This document shows positions 22,332-32,369 of a stretch of 64,000 nt of DNA, piece after piece (positions within the stretch are counted from its first letter, which is position 1; every line of letters begins with the position of its first letter). The notes below the pieces were generated by a model. It did no database searches. It saw nothing but the letters and a program-made list of their open reading frames with translations, and was not told the DNA's origin. Both the position numbers and the translations under genes were made by a program. Origin of the DNA: Promethearchaeota archaeon (GTDB lineage: Archaea > Asgardarchaeota > Lokiarchaeia > Sigyniarchaeales > SOKP01); assembly GCA_016840085.1 (NCBI GenBank), contig JAEOTA010000012.1, forward strand, positions 64,001 through 128,000, given 5' to 3'.

Positions 22332-23573
22332 TTAAAGTTTTAAACTTCTCCTTTTGCTAAATAAATCTTTTAACTCGTTAAGAACTTGTAATCTAGTATT
22401 TTGTTGACCTCTTACAGGACTTTGGGAGGGATTGGAAATTACGAGGGGTTGCCCACTTTGAGCTGCTTGAAATGCTCCTGCCTCTATAGCTTGCAAGCGA
22501 CTATCAAGATCATTGAGTTGCGTAGATATACTCTCTGATAGACGAATTACTGCGTTCATTACTTGTTCAAGTATTTTTCCAAGACCTTCTACCTTCCTTA
22601 CAGTTGGATCGGTTAGTGAATAATGCGTACTCATCATATTTTTAATATATTTAGCAAATTGAGGTTCGCGCGAAATTAAAGAATATATGGATGTAAGATA
22701 GATTTCAACATCGAAATCATAATTCTTACTTTTAAATAGTTCATTTATATTATCTTTTAAAAGTTCGATGTTCAATAGGATTTCTGTGTCGTCTAAAATA
22801 TCTGGATCTACTTTATGGATGAATAGAAGTATATAAGGTTTTTCTTCTAACATAATAATTGAGTCTAAAATCTTATCTAAATACTCTAGAGCCTCATCAA
22901 ATCTATCAGGATCTTGTATATCAATCACGTAAAGAAGTAAATCTAGTTGAATAAAATATTGCTCTGGAGTACTTAAATACCTCTCTCTATACTCTTCTTG
23001 GCCTCCAAGGTCCCAGATGAACAGAGACAAATTAGAACTTCCAAATTTCATCCGAACTACTCCTTTAGTTGGATGGGTTGCAATAGTTTCACTAATTCCT
23101 AAGCGTCCTCCAAATTTTGACAAAGTAGCACTTTTCCCTGCGTTGTCCAATCCTGCGCATAGTATTTTCTGTTTACCAATCTCGATGCCTTCTTTCTCTT
23201 CTTTAACGCTAGCTATAAGTGAGCTTATTGTAATTGTCTTTTTTAATTTGTTTTCAAGATCTGGGTACTTATTTTTGAGTTCTTCGATTTTATCCTTTAA
23301 GCTTTCAGTTAATTCTAATGATTCATCTGATTCTTCGATTTGAGTTAAACTTTCAAAGGGATCCTCTTTATTTAAATTAGACGCGTCCGCTATGGTAGAA
23401 ACTTCTAGTAGTTGTTTTAATATTGTTGATTCTTCTTTGTCTATAAATTTATAATCGTGAATTGGTAATTTCAAAACATCATCTATTGTTTTCAATTTAT
23501 CAATTTTAGTAGATTTAAGGTCTAAAAACTTAGAAACCACTTTAATAAAATTAGAAATTTCTTCTGAGGACAT
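22332..23573 (-). CDS. Arf/Rag-like small GTPase with N-terminal extension and C-terminal coiled coil
   Basis: GLDNAGKS, PTKG, WDLGGQ, HKVD, TSI. Confidence 0.88.
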   Translation of the reverse strand: MSSEEISNFIKVVSKFLDLKSTKIDKLKTIDDVLKLPIHDYKFIDKEESTILKQLLEVSTIADASNLNKEDPFESLTQIEESDESLELTESLKDKIEELKNKYPDLENKLKKTITISSLIASVKEEKEGIEIGKQKILCAGLDNAGKSATLSKFGGRLGISETIATHPTKGVVRMKFGSSNLSLFIWDLGGQEEYRERYLSTPEQYFIQLDLLLYVIDIQDPDRFDEALEYLDKILDSIIMLEEKPYILLFIHKVDPDILDDTEILLNIELLKDNINELFKSKNYDFDVEIYLTSIYSLISREPQFAKYIKNMMSTHYSLTDPTVRKVEGLGKILEQVMNAVIRLSESISTQLNDLDSRLQAIEAGAFQAAQSGQPLVISNPSQSPVRGQQNTRLQVLNELKDLFSKRRSLKL

Positions 23574-23776
23574 AGTAATTATCGATTTTTCTTTATTATT
23601 AATAGGTATATAATAATTTTTATTATTATTTATTAAACTTTTAAGATCTTAATTAAAAAGATTAAGATTTAAATTTTCACAAGTGAATGTTATATAAACT
23701 TAAATATGCATGATTTTATGTATTTCTTACAAAAAATTAAAAATTCCAAATTCTTTTCTTCACAATCTTTATAATT

Positions 23777-24700
23777 ATGCCAGCACAGTTCGAAAATGAT
23801 GATTTTTTTGATGATAACGGAGAGGAAAGCTCTCCTTGTTGTGATAGTCCAAAGATTAGTGAAGAAGATGGATTTTATGTGTGTTTAAATTGCGGGTTTG
23901 TACATTCTAGAATACTTGATGATAGTCCTCGCAGAGCTTTCACTCAAGAAGAAATACAAAAAAGAAAGAGTAGTGAAAGAGTATATAGTCCTATTGGTCC
24001 TAGAACAATTATAAGAGGATCTAGAGATGCTCGAGGCACTTTATTAAGTCCGAAATATAAATCAAAATTTAATCGTTTAGCCAAAATACATAGATCTTTA
24101 ACTACTAGTTATGAAAGAAATCTATGGATTGCGTTACCAAACTTGCAACGTTTACAAAAGAGATTAAGTATCCCTGATGCTGTAGCAGAAGATGCACTTC
24201 GTATTTATACTCAAACTGTTAAAAAAAAGTTAACTATGGGAAGAAGCATTGATACATTATTATCCGCGTCCATTTTTGCTGCTTTAAGGGTTCATGGAAT
24301 TCCTAGAACTGCTGAAGAAATAACAAAAGTTGCACAAATTCCTAAAAAGAAGGTTATTAAGAGTTATCGGTTAATCTTAATGGAAGTATTACCAAAATTG
24401 GGTATGAAGGTACAACATTTCACAGCTGATCGCTATGTTGATAAGTTTAACGAAGAATTAAGGCTTTCAATGAAATGCCGAAATATAGCGGTTAAATTAA
24501 TTGAAAAAGCGAGAGAAAGTGGATTTAATTCAGCTGGTAAGGACCCAAAAGGTATCGCTGCTGCTGCTATTTATATTGGTTCAAAAATATGTAATGAAAG
24601 TCGAACTCAAAAGGAAATTAGCAAACTTGCTCAAGTTACTGAAGTTACACTTCGTATGAGGGTAAAAGATTTGCAAAAATACGCCAATGTTGTTGAATAA
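23777..24700 (+). CDS. tfb: Transcription initiation factor IIB (TFB)
   Basis: Zinc ribbon (CC...CLNCG), ERNL linker, two cyclin repeats, GKDPKGIAAAAIY, TQKEISKLAQVTEVTLR. Confidence 0.93.
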   Translation: MPAQFENDDFFDDNGEESSPCCDSPKISEEDGFYVCLNCGFVHSRILDDSPRRAFTQEEIQKRKSSERVYSPIGPRTIIRGSRDARGTLLSPKYKSKFNRLAKIHRSLTTSYERNLWIALPNLQRLQKRLSIPDAVAEDALRIYTQTVKKKLTMGRSIDTLLSASIFAALRVHGIPRTAEEITKVAQIPKKKVIKSYRLILMEVLPKLGMKVQHFTADRYVDKFNEELRLSMKCRNIAVKLIEKARESGFNSAGKDPKGIAAAAIYIGSKICNESRTQKEISKLAQVTEVTLRMRVKDLQKYANVVE

Positions 24701-24768
24701 TAAAACAATTTGAAAATTATATTATAATCAGAATAAAATAAATGTTAAGATAAAATTTTAGATATAAT

Positions 24769-27700
24769 TTAATCTACAATTTCAATTAATTCTTTTTCTT
24801 CTTCAAATAATGGTAAAATTTCTAACATTCCCCGAATTTTTGATAAATATATTTCTAATTTATAAGAATATACATCGATCAAGAATAAAATTAACATAAT
24901 ATAAAAAGTATCTTTAACCAATTCTTTGTTTACACCCAAAGTATTGAGAAAATTATCAATATTTTGTTTGATTTGTTTAAAAGACTCCCCTGCTTTCAAT
25001 AATGATAACCCATACAAAAGTATAAGGAGAGAACTTGTTTTTAAATCTTTCCTTTTAGATAGTGTCTCGGCTAATCCAAGATACTGTAAACCAGCTTCTT
25101 TGAATTTTTGTGAATTCAAAAGATCTAACATATTTTTGTAATATCTCTTTTTCATTGCTTTTCGCTTTTTAAAGAATTCATCTTTTTCTTGTCTAATATC
25201 CCCCATTTTAGATTGGATTTTTCCAAAAATTTGATCCATTTCGATTTGAAGTGTTGAAAATTCAGCTATTTCTTTTCGGGATAACTGTTCTTTTTCTTTT
25301 TCCTCCTCAAGTACTTCTTCGCCTAAAATAGATTTTAATAATATAATTTCGGGATCGAATAATACTAATTTCTCGATTAAAGTATCTATTACTAAATTTT
25401 TTAAAAATAATTTATCGTTTTTTATTGCAGAAAATAAATGTTTCATAATTTGAATTTCTGGGAGAGATCTAAGATCGGTTTCGCTTTTCTTAAGATAATT
25501 TTCAAATGTCTCTTCAGCTATTTCAACATTCTTTTCATTAATAAGGATTATTGAACCTAGAATTAAAGAAATAGCTGCTTGTTTGAAAAAATTTTTTTCT
25601 TCTAGTTTTGTAATTGTATCAAGATAGGATAGAGAAGCATTAATCAATTTCTTATTGGAAATATCCTCTAATCCAAGTTTCCAATATTGATTCTTCATTA
25701 ATTTTCTTTTAGCAATATCTCCTTTTTCTTTTTGAATTGAATCTGCTATTTTTTTAATTTCACGTTTAATATTTTCAATCTCAGCTATTGTTTCAATGGT
25801 TTTTTCAGGCTTTAATCCACCTTTATAGTCCTTACCTAAAACGTCATAGAGTACTTTTAATTCTTCTTCAAATAACGGGAGATTTTCAAAATATGAGAGA
25901 GCCTCAATAAATTTGGATTCATCCTGATATTCTTTCACATCAATAATATATTCAACTAAAGTGACTGGATATGTTTCAACAAACAATTTTCTTAGACTAG
26001 ATAATTCCTTTTTAGTCTCATTTAAATATACTTTAATATCTTTAAATCTTTTTTCCTTTATGAGTAATAAACTGGCTATTGCTAAACATTCACTTGCTAA
26101 TTTGTATTTTTTAATTTTGTTTAATTGTAAAAGAAGTTTCTTATAAATCTCAATTGCTTTTTCATATTCTTTATTTTTAATAAGAGATAAAGCTTCTTCA
26201 AAATACGCTCTTCTTAATGCTTTTCTTTCCTTCAATTCATTTTCTTTATCTGACCGTGCTTCGCGTCCTAAATTTTTAATAATTGAAAGTTTCTCTTTTA
26301 ATAGTTCTCCTTTACGAGATTCTTTTACTTTCTTTAATCTAATAGCACTTTTTTCTGCTTCAAGGTTAGCAATTTTATTATGAATTTCAGTTTTATATTC
26401 CTTTTTTTCTATCTTATCATTATAAGAATGAGCAGAAGCCAAATCATCTATTTCAATATATATTTCAGCAATTTTTTTATAAATTCTATTAAAAGTAACT
26501 ATTATTTTCTCTTCTTTTTCTAAATATGAGCTTGAGATTTCTAGTACTTTTTTCACTAAATCTGTAGCTTTATTAATACCTGAAATATTTTCTTCGTTCT
26601 CTAATATGTTTAATGCTTCTTGTTTGATAACTTTAATAAAAATTTGATTAATCTCTCTTGATTCATCATACAACATTAAGTTCCTGAAAATCTTATTTGA
26701 ATTTTTATATATTTTTTCGTTTCTTTCATATTTTTCTGATTCTTTAATCTCCTTTAAACTTTCTAAATAGATTGGAAAAATTCTAATTAAGTAGTTTTTT
26801 TTCATAGATATTGATAATTCCTCAAAATAAGTAAAAAATTCTTCAAAATTCTTACCTTCTAGCAATAGATCCAAAGATCTTGTCAAAATCTGATCCCTTA
26901 TCTCATCTTTCCCTATCTTTTCAAGGTAATCTGCTTGATGTTTTAAGTGTTTTGCGGCTTCGATATAGCCTTTTTGTTTTATAAGTTCACTAGTTTCTTG
27001 GATTTTTTTAGTATTCATTTCAGCAATAATATCTCTTTCAGAATTAGCATAATCTCTTAGAATACTAATACCTTTATTTATAATTTCCTCAGTTTCTTTC
27101 TTGAGTTGTTTTTTATATTGATCTTCGAACTTAGCACTTAATTTCGTTAAATCTTGTTTTAGTTTCAATGAATTCAGTTTATTTATGAAAATTGTAGCCA
27201 TACCAAAATTGTTTTCCTCTAAAAAAGTATTAATTAGGGTCTTTAAAGTAGAGTCTAAATTTTTTTTTTCTACTTTATATGATTCCCACATGTTTTCAAG
27301 TTCATTATAAGTATTTTTTGCGGCATAGGTTTCTTTTTGGTTCACTTGATTTTTAAAAAATTCAATCAAAATTTTTGTTAAGCTAAATGTTAATTTTTTT
27401 AATTCCTCAAAAAGATCTTCTTGCTGATATCTATTTATAGCTCGATATAATTGTTCTTTCGCTAATTGGTAATTATTGGTACTGAATAAATAATCTGCCT
27501 CAGCTACGATTTTATCTACAATCTCCCCTAGAATCATGATAATTCCTTTATGTGGCAAGCTTTCGAGAATTCTAAATGTATCTTCAACTTTACATGCAGA
27601 AATCCACGAGTTAACTGATAATCTAAATGCTTCATGAATAAGAGATCTATCAAGTGATTCAATACTAGACCATTGCGCTGCTTGTTCATATAATCTAGCC

Positions 27701-28503
27701 GCTTCTTCGTATTTAGTGTTATTAAATAGTCGGTTTCCATCAGTAATCATAGCTTCGGCATATAGCTTCTTGTAATTATATGATTTCCTCTTATCCACAT
27801 TTTCTAAGATCTTACTAGCTTCTAAATACAGGTTAATTTTAGAATAAAGGAATGCTGTTTGTTCAGTAATGATATAGAATTCTTCCTTTTTATAGATTTC
27901 AGCAATTAAAGCTGCTTTCCTTATAGCTAGAGCGGCATAATAATAGTTTTTATTTTCAAAATAAATATTTGCCATTTGTATAAAAATAGGGAATCTCATC
28001 CACGCATTTTCTAAATTTAAAGGTGTATCACCATTAATTATTGCTAAACCTAGAGCTTGAATTGCTTGATGAAATTCATTAGGAGAAAGATTTACAAAAG
28101 CCTCTAAACTAGGATAATTAACCCAAAAATTTTCCAATAATTCATTCACAGAGAAAGGCAGGATACCATTCTGATCATAGAAAATGACAATTGTGGGGAT
28201 GTCACGTTTAACTGAAAAAATATCTGGAAGAATCATTTCAAAAAACTCGGATTCCTCTTTTATTGATGGATTTAGAAAATAGATAATTCCATCTACTTGT
28301 TCAATTATCTCATCTAAATCGGCAGAAAAACTTGTAACTACATCTATTTCCAAATCACAGACATTATCTACGATTTTTACCTGGCGTAACCATGAAAAAT
28401 AAGATTCTTTATCCTCTCCAGATTCTTCAAAAGCTCTTGAAACATAAAAATGAATAGTTTCAGGATCACCAAGAATTAAAATGTGAAAGTAAAATAATGA
28501 CAT
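24769..28503 (-). CDS. 1244-aa protein: degenerate small-GTPase-like N-terminal domain plus TPR/SNAP-like alpha-solenoid
   Basis: N-terminal ILILGD...VDGIIYFL...IPTIVIF strands without a P-loop lysine; helical repeats such as YEEAARLYEQAA; three long C-terminal repeats. Confidence 0.6.
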   Translation of the reverse strand: MSLFYFHILILGDPETIHFYVSRAFEESGEDKESYFSWLRQVKIVDNVCDLEIDVVTSFSADLDEIIEQVDGIIYFLNPSIKEESEFFEMILPDIFSVKRDIPTIVIFYDQNGILPFSVNELLENFWVNYPSLEAFVNLSPNEFHQAIQALGLAIINGDTPLNLENAWMRFPIFIQMANIYFENKNYYYAALAIRKAALIAEIYKKEEFYIITEQTAFLYSKINLYLEASKILENVDKRKSYNYKKLYAEAMITDGNRLFNNTKYEEAARLYEQAAQWSSIESLDRSLIHEAFRLSVNSWISACKVEDTFRILESLPHKGIIMILGEIVDKIVAEADYLFSTNNYQLAKEQLYRAINRYQQEDLFEELKKLTFSLTKILIEFFKNQVNQKETYAAKNTYNELENMWESYKVEKKNLDSTLKTLINTFLEENNFGMATIFINKLNSLKLKQDLTKLSAKFEDQYKKQLKKETEEIINKGISILRDYANSERDIIAEMNTKKIQETSELIKQKGYIEAAKHLKHQADYLEKIGKDEIRDQILTRSLDLLLEGKNFEEFFTYFEELSISMKKNYLIRIFPIYLESLKEIKESEKYERNEKIYKNSNKIFRNLMLYDESREINQIFIKVIKQEALNILENEENISGINKATDLVKKVLEISSSYLEKEEKIIVTFNRIYKKIAEIYIEIDDLASAHSYNDKIEKKEYKTEIHNKIANLEAEKSAIRLKKVKESRKGELLKEKLSIIKNLGREARSDKENELKERKALRRAYFEEALSLIKNKEYEKAIEIYKKLLLQLNKIKKYKLASECLAIASLLLIKEKRFKDIKVYLNETKKELSSLRKLFVETYPVTLVEYIIDVKEYQDESKFIEALSYFENLPLFEEELKVLYDVLGKDYKGGLKPEKTIETIAEIENIKREIKKIADSIQKEKGDIAKRKLMKNQYWKLGLEDISNKKLINASLSYLDTITKLEEKNFFKQAAISLILGSIILINEKNVEIAEETFENYLKKSETDLRSLPEIQIMKHLFSAIKNDKLFLKNLVIDTLIEKLVLFDPEIILLKSILGEEVLEEEKEKEQLSRKEIAEFSTLQIEMDQIFGKIQSKMGDIRQEKDEFFKKRKAMKKRYYKNMLDLLNSQKFKEAGLQYLGLAETLSKRKDLKTSSLLILLYGLSLLKAGESFKQIKQNIDNFLNTLGVNKELVKDTFYIMLILFLIDVYSYKLEIYLSKIRGMLEILPLFEEEKELIEIVD

Positions 28504-28649
28504 TTTTAATTATTTATTTCAACTTCTATTAATTTTATTTTGTCAAACTTATGAAATTATCAAACTTATGAAATTATTTTAAAAGTAAAAAATTCTTTTA
28601 AGTATAATTAATTGAGATTGAGAATTTATATTTTTGTTTTGATTGACCA

Positions 28650-29300
28650 TTGAATAACATTGAACGGAATTATCGCATTATACAAAAGCGAATGATTGAA
28701 CAAATGGAAAATTCCATTACATTAGGAAGAAAGATAATTGATACTGAATTAGATACAGGGTTCTTAAACTTCATTATTAAACCAGTTATTAAAACTTTTT
28801 ACGATTGGTGGGCTCAAAATGAAGCTCGAGTAGGGACCTTAGAACAAATTAAAGTTACATTAGATTCTGGAAAAGTACTCTTACTTAATGGTGAATCAGA
28901 TCAAATTGTTGATGACAATTTTCAAAAATATCTTGCTGGAGATCAGACTTCACGACAATGTTCTCATTCCCACAAGAATTATGAAAGGTTAAAACAAGTA
29001 GTAAAAGAAACGTTTATAAATTATTTAAAGCAAGTAGTCAAACTTCTAGAAGTAAATGATGATCTAGATGATTATGGTGACTTATGTAGAGCAGCATTTA
29101 AAACAAAAGAATTAGCTGAAGAAAACTTAATGAAGCAACTAAGTTTTACAGAAAAAGCGATTAAAATAATCGAAAAAGATCCTTCTATACTTAAAATTCC
29201 CATAGGAAAGAAAATCTTAATCAAAGCATTGAGAAAAGGGTTTGAACAAACTAAAATTGAATTTAAAAATGCGCTTGAAGATACATATAATCAAAAATAA
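28650..29300 (+). CDS. Hypothetical helical protein (tandem paralog 1)
   Basis: Aligns end to end with 29404..30063 (ERNY, ELDTG, DAR/EARxGT, DQTxRQC, LRKGFE). Confidence 0.8.
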   Translation: MNNIERNYRIIQKRMIEQMENSITLGRKIIDTELDTGFLNFIIKPVIKTFYDWWAQNEARVGTLEQIKVTLDSGKVLLLNGESDQIVDDNFQKYLAGDQTSRQCSHSHKNYERLKQVVKETFINYLKQVVKLLEVNDDLDDYGDLCRAAFKTKELAEENLMKQLSFTEKAIKIIEKDPSILKIPIGKKILIKALRKGFEQTKIEFKNALEDTYNQK

Positions 29301-29403
29301 TTAATCTAATAAAAAATTTCAATATGTAAACTTACTCACTGAAATTAGATAAAGTGAATATATCAAAAATATCTTAGGGAGAATTAAATAAGGAGATTTA
29401 ATC

Positions 29404-30063
29404 ATGGAATTTTTAGAGAGAAACTATAAAATCTTGGAAAAAAAAATGAAAGACCAAATGGAATTATCCCTTGATTATGGAAAATCTTTGATAGATTCTG
29501 AATTAGATACAGGGGTTTTAAATGTTTTAGTGAAACCTATCATAAAATCTTTTTATAAATACTGGGCTGATAAAGATGCTCGTACAGGAACTATAAAACA
29601 AATTCGAGTAACCTTGGATTCCGCTAAAGAATTTTTAATAAATGGAGATGGTTCAAAAGAACAATTTGATAGGATCATCAATAGACATTTCTCCATATAC
29701 CTAAAAAATGATCAAACAGATAGACAATGTAAAAAAGATCATCATAACTACAATAAATTAAGGGAAGTAACTAAAAAATGCTTTATCACGCAGGTAGAAG
29801 AAAGTGTCTTATTTTTGAATGTTAATAATAATATTAAAGATTATAGTGAATTATCAAGAGCAACATTTAAAACAAAGGAAAAAGCTTTTCAAGCTTTGAA
29901 ACGTCAGTTAGATTATAATGAGGAGGGAATATCAATTGTAGAGCGAGATGATTCAATATTAAAGGTTCCTGCTGGAAAAAAAATTATCTTAAAAGTGCTT
30001 AGGAAGGGTTTTGAGTTAACTAAACAGAAATTGCTTGAAGAACTCGACGAAATTTTTGCTTAG
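29404..30063 (+). CDS. Hypothetical helical protein (tandem paralog 2)
   Basis: Same motifs as 28650..29300; GGAG SD upstream. Confidence 0.82.
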   Translation: MEFLERNYKILEKKMKDQMELSLDYGKSLIDSELDTGVLNVLVKPIIKSFYKYWADKDARTGTIKQIRVTLDSAKEFLINGDGSKEQFDRIINRHFSIYLKNDQTDRQCKKDHHNYNKLREVTKKCFITQVEESVLFLNVNNNIKDYSELSRATFKTKEKAFQALKRQLDYNEEGISIVERDDSILKVPAGKKIILKVLRKGFELTKQKLLEELDEIFA

Positions 30064-30112
30064 TAATTATTAGTAGAATTTTAAATACACATAAAGAGAG
30101 TCTGGAATTACT

Positions 30113-31177
30113 TTGAAAGATTCTATTCAAAATAATGAGCCAAAAAATTATTTAAGAGCCATTTTTTTGAACTTATTTATTAGTGCTTTTATAATAATCA
30201 CTTATGTTTATGTTTCTGAAGCATTTGGCTCAATTTCTACAATTTTTATAAAAAATCAGGACTTTTCTATTCATTTTAGTATCACTTTATTATTATTCAC
30301 TTTTTTCTCGGTTTTAGCAGGATCTTTCCATGGTTTATTCGATGGTTTTATAAGTGAACTTCTTTTTCAATTAGCAGTTTATCATTCAATATACTATGAA
30401 TGGTGTATACTTGTGGCTATTCTTGGATTACTTGTTGGAATATATAAGTATAAACCTTTAAAATATCATGAAGCGATGAAAGTATATTATTCATTTTTAG
30501 CATTAATTATCATATCTTTTGCCCTTATGGGAATTATCATTTTATTTCAAAATGTTTTTTATCCTGGACAGTTTTCTCTTGAAACATTAATAATTAACTA
30601 CGGATTTAGATTCTTAGTTCAGGCACTTTTGTCAATAGTTTTTTTAGTCCCAATATTGTTATTTTTATATGATAGAATTTTCGCTACAGAGGAAAAACAT
30701 TTATATTATATGCTTTTAACCCATCATCCAATTTCGGCATTTGATCACACTTTTTTTCTTACATTTGGTAGAACTAAGGTTTATCTCTGTTCAAGATGTT
30801 CTGGTGTAATTACTGGGGGTGTTATAGCATTATTTTTAACTCATTTACTGGAAAAAATTTACAATACCGAATTTAGCGGAGAAATTGCTTTATTGCTATG
30901 TGTTATTTTTCCTATTCCGGGGTTGATTGATTGGGGCACTCAAAGACTCTTATTAAGAAAAAGCACAACGGAATCCAGATTATTAACAGGATTTATTATT
31001 GGAAATGCGTTGCATTTTATGTCATTTACCTATAAATACTATTTATTCACATTTTTACTACTTTTCACATATTTTACTGTGTTTGGTTTATTAGTATATT
31101 TTGGACATAAAAAAGAAATGAAATTATTAAGATCAGAACTGAATGGATTATCTTCTAAAGAAGAAAATGGTAGATAA
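30113..31177 (+). CDS. Polytopic membrane protein with C-terminal DUF2085-like domain
   Basis: Many TM segments; HHP...H, LCSRCSG, PGLIDWGTQ, SRLLTG. Confidence 0.68.
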   Translation: MKDSIQNNEPKNYLRAIFLNLFISAFIIITYVYVSEAFGSISTIFIKNQDFSIHFSITLLLFTFFSVLAGSFHGLFDGFISELLFQLAVYHSIYYEWCILVAILGLLVGIYKYKPLKYHEAMKVYYSFLALIIISFALMGIIILFQNVFYPGQFSLETLIINYGFRFLVQALLSIVFLVPILLFLYDRIFATEEKHLYYMLLTHHPISAFDHTFFLTFGRTKVYLCSRCSGVITGGVIALFLTHLLEKIYNTEFSGEIALLLCVIFPIPGLIDWGTQRLLLRKSTTESRLLTGFIIGNALHFMSFTYKYYLFTFLLLFTYFTVFGLLVYFGHKKEMKLLRSELNGLSSKEENGR

Positions 31178-31682
31178 AAAGAATATAATTTTTATTCATG
31201 GATTAGAGAGTTCAGGTAAAGGATTCAAAGCTCAGTTATTAAAGAAAGTTTTCCCTCAATGCTTAACTCCTGATTTTGAAGCATATTCTCCTCACATATC
31301 AATCAACTTATTATTAGAGAAAAGAATGAATCAGTTATCTACGATTTTGGATGAAAAAAATTCATGGATAATTATTGGTTCAAGCTTTGGAGGTCTAATG
31401 GGAGCGCTATATACGTGCTTACATCCTCAAAAAGTCATAAAATTAATCTTATTAGCACCATATTTATCAAGTCCTCTATTAAATCCGAAAGATTTTTCTC
31501 CTTTAGACATCCCTGTTATTATTTATCATGGAAGTCATGATACTATTGTCTCAATGAAAAACTCCCGCATATATGGACAAAAACTCTTTACTAATCTTAC
31601 TTATAATATTGTTGATGATGATCATAAGCTTCAAAAAACCACAAAAAATATTGATTGGAAAAAATTAATTCTAAATTCATAA
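31143..31682 (+). CDS. Small alpha/beta hydrolase (YqiA-like esterase)
   Basis: FIHGLESS, GSSFGG nucleophile elbow, HGSHD, DDH. Confidence 0.88.
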   Translation: MDYLLKKKMVDKKNIIFIHGLESSGKGFKAQLLKKVFPQCLTPDFEAYSPHISINLLLEKRMNQLSTILDEKNSWIIIGSSFGGLMGALYTCLHPQKVIKLILLAPYLSSPLLNPKDFSPLDIPVIIYHGSHDTIVSMKNSRIYGQKLFTNLTYNIVDDDHKLQKTTKNIDWKKLILNS

Positions 31683-31814
31683 AATTGCAGTAAAAAACTG
31701 CTTTATTCTGTTTTCATATAGTTAATGTTATAAAAATTGGACTCCAATTTTTTTATTATTGATTATAAACATCCATAAATTAGTATTAAAAAAAGAAAAA
31801 GGTTTGATATAAAA

Positions 31815-32291
31815 ATGGATTGGAGCAATATTTTTGAAAATATGTATTTATGGTATAATGAATTTGCTGAGTGGTATTTGATTCAACCAGTTTATGTTCA
31901 AATACTCTCAATCATTGGAATAATCACGCTTCTAAGTTTAACAATCATTTTAGTCTATTATTTAATAAAAGGCATTGCGTATTTGATATATTACATACTT
32001 AAAGGTGTTTATTATCTTCTTAAAGGTATTGGTTATGGGATATTCAAGTTATGTGAAGGATTTTATAATTTAATTTCAGGAAGTTCTAATTCCAAAAAAC
32101 AAACCGAAAATAAAATTATACCAGTTGAAGATGCAAATAGAAGAAATATAATATATTGTACTGAATGTGGCAATACTTTCTCAGAAAAAATGATCTTGAA
32201 ATTGAATAATGACGGAGTTGTCTTTTGTGTCAATTGTGGGAAAAATTTTCAATTAGTGGATACTCTTAGAGCTCCAATAATATCTAAATGA
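31815..32291 (+). CDS. Membrane protein with C-terminal zinc ribbon
   Basis: TM helix, YYxxKG repeats, CTECG...CVNCG. Confidence 0.72.
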   Translation: MDWSNIFENMYLWYNEFAEWYLIQPVYVQILSIIGIITLLSLTIILVYYLIKGIAYLIYYILKGVYYLLKGIGYGIFKLCEGFYNLISGSSNSKKQTENKIIPVEDANRRNIIYCTECGNTFSEKMILKLNNDGVVFCVNCGKNFQLVDTLRAPIISK

Positions 32292-32369
32292 ATATTTATA
32301 AATAATATCTCAATTAAAAAAAATTAAATTAAAAAATTAATGATAATAATAAAGGAGTAGTACAAAAGA

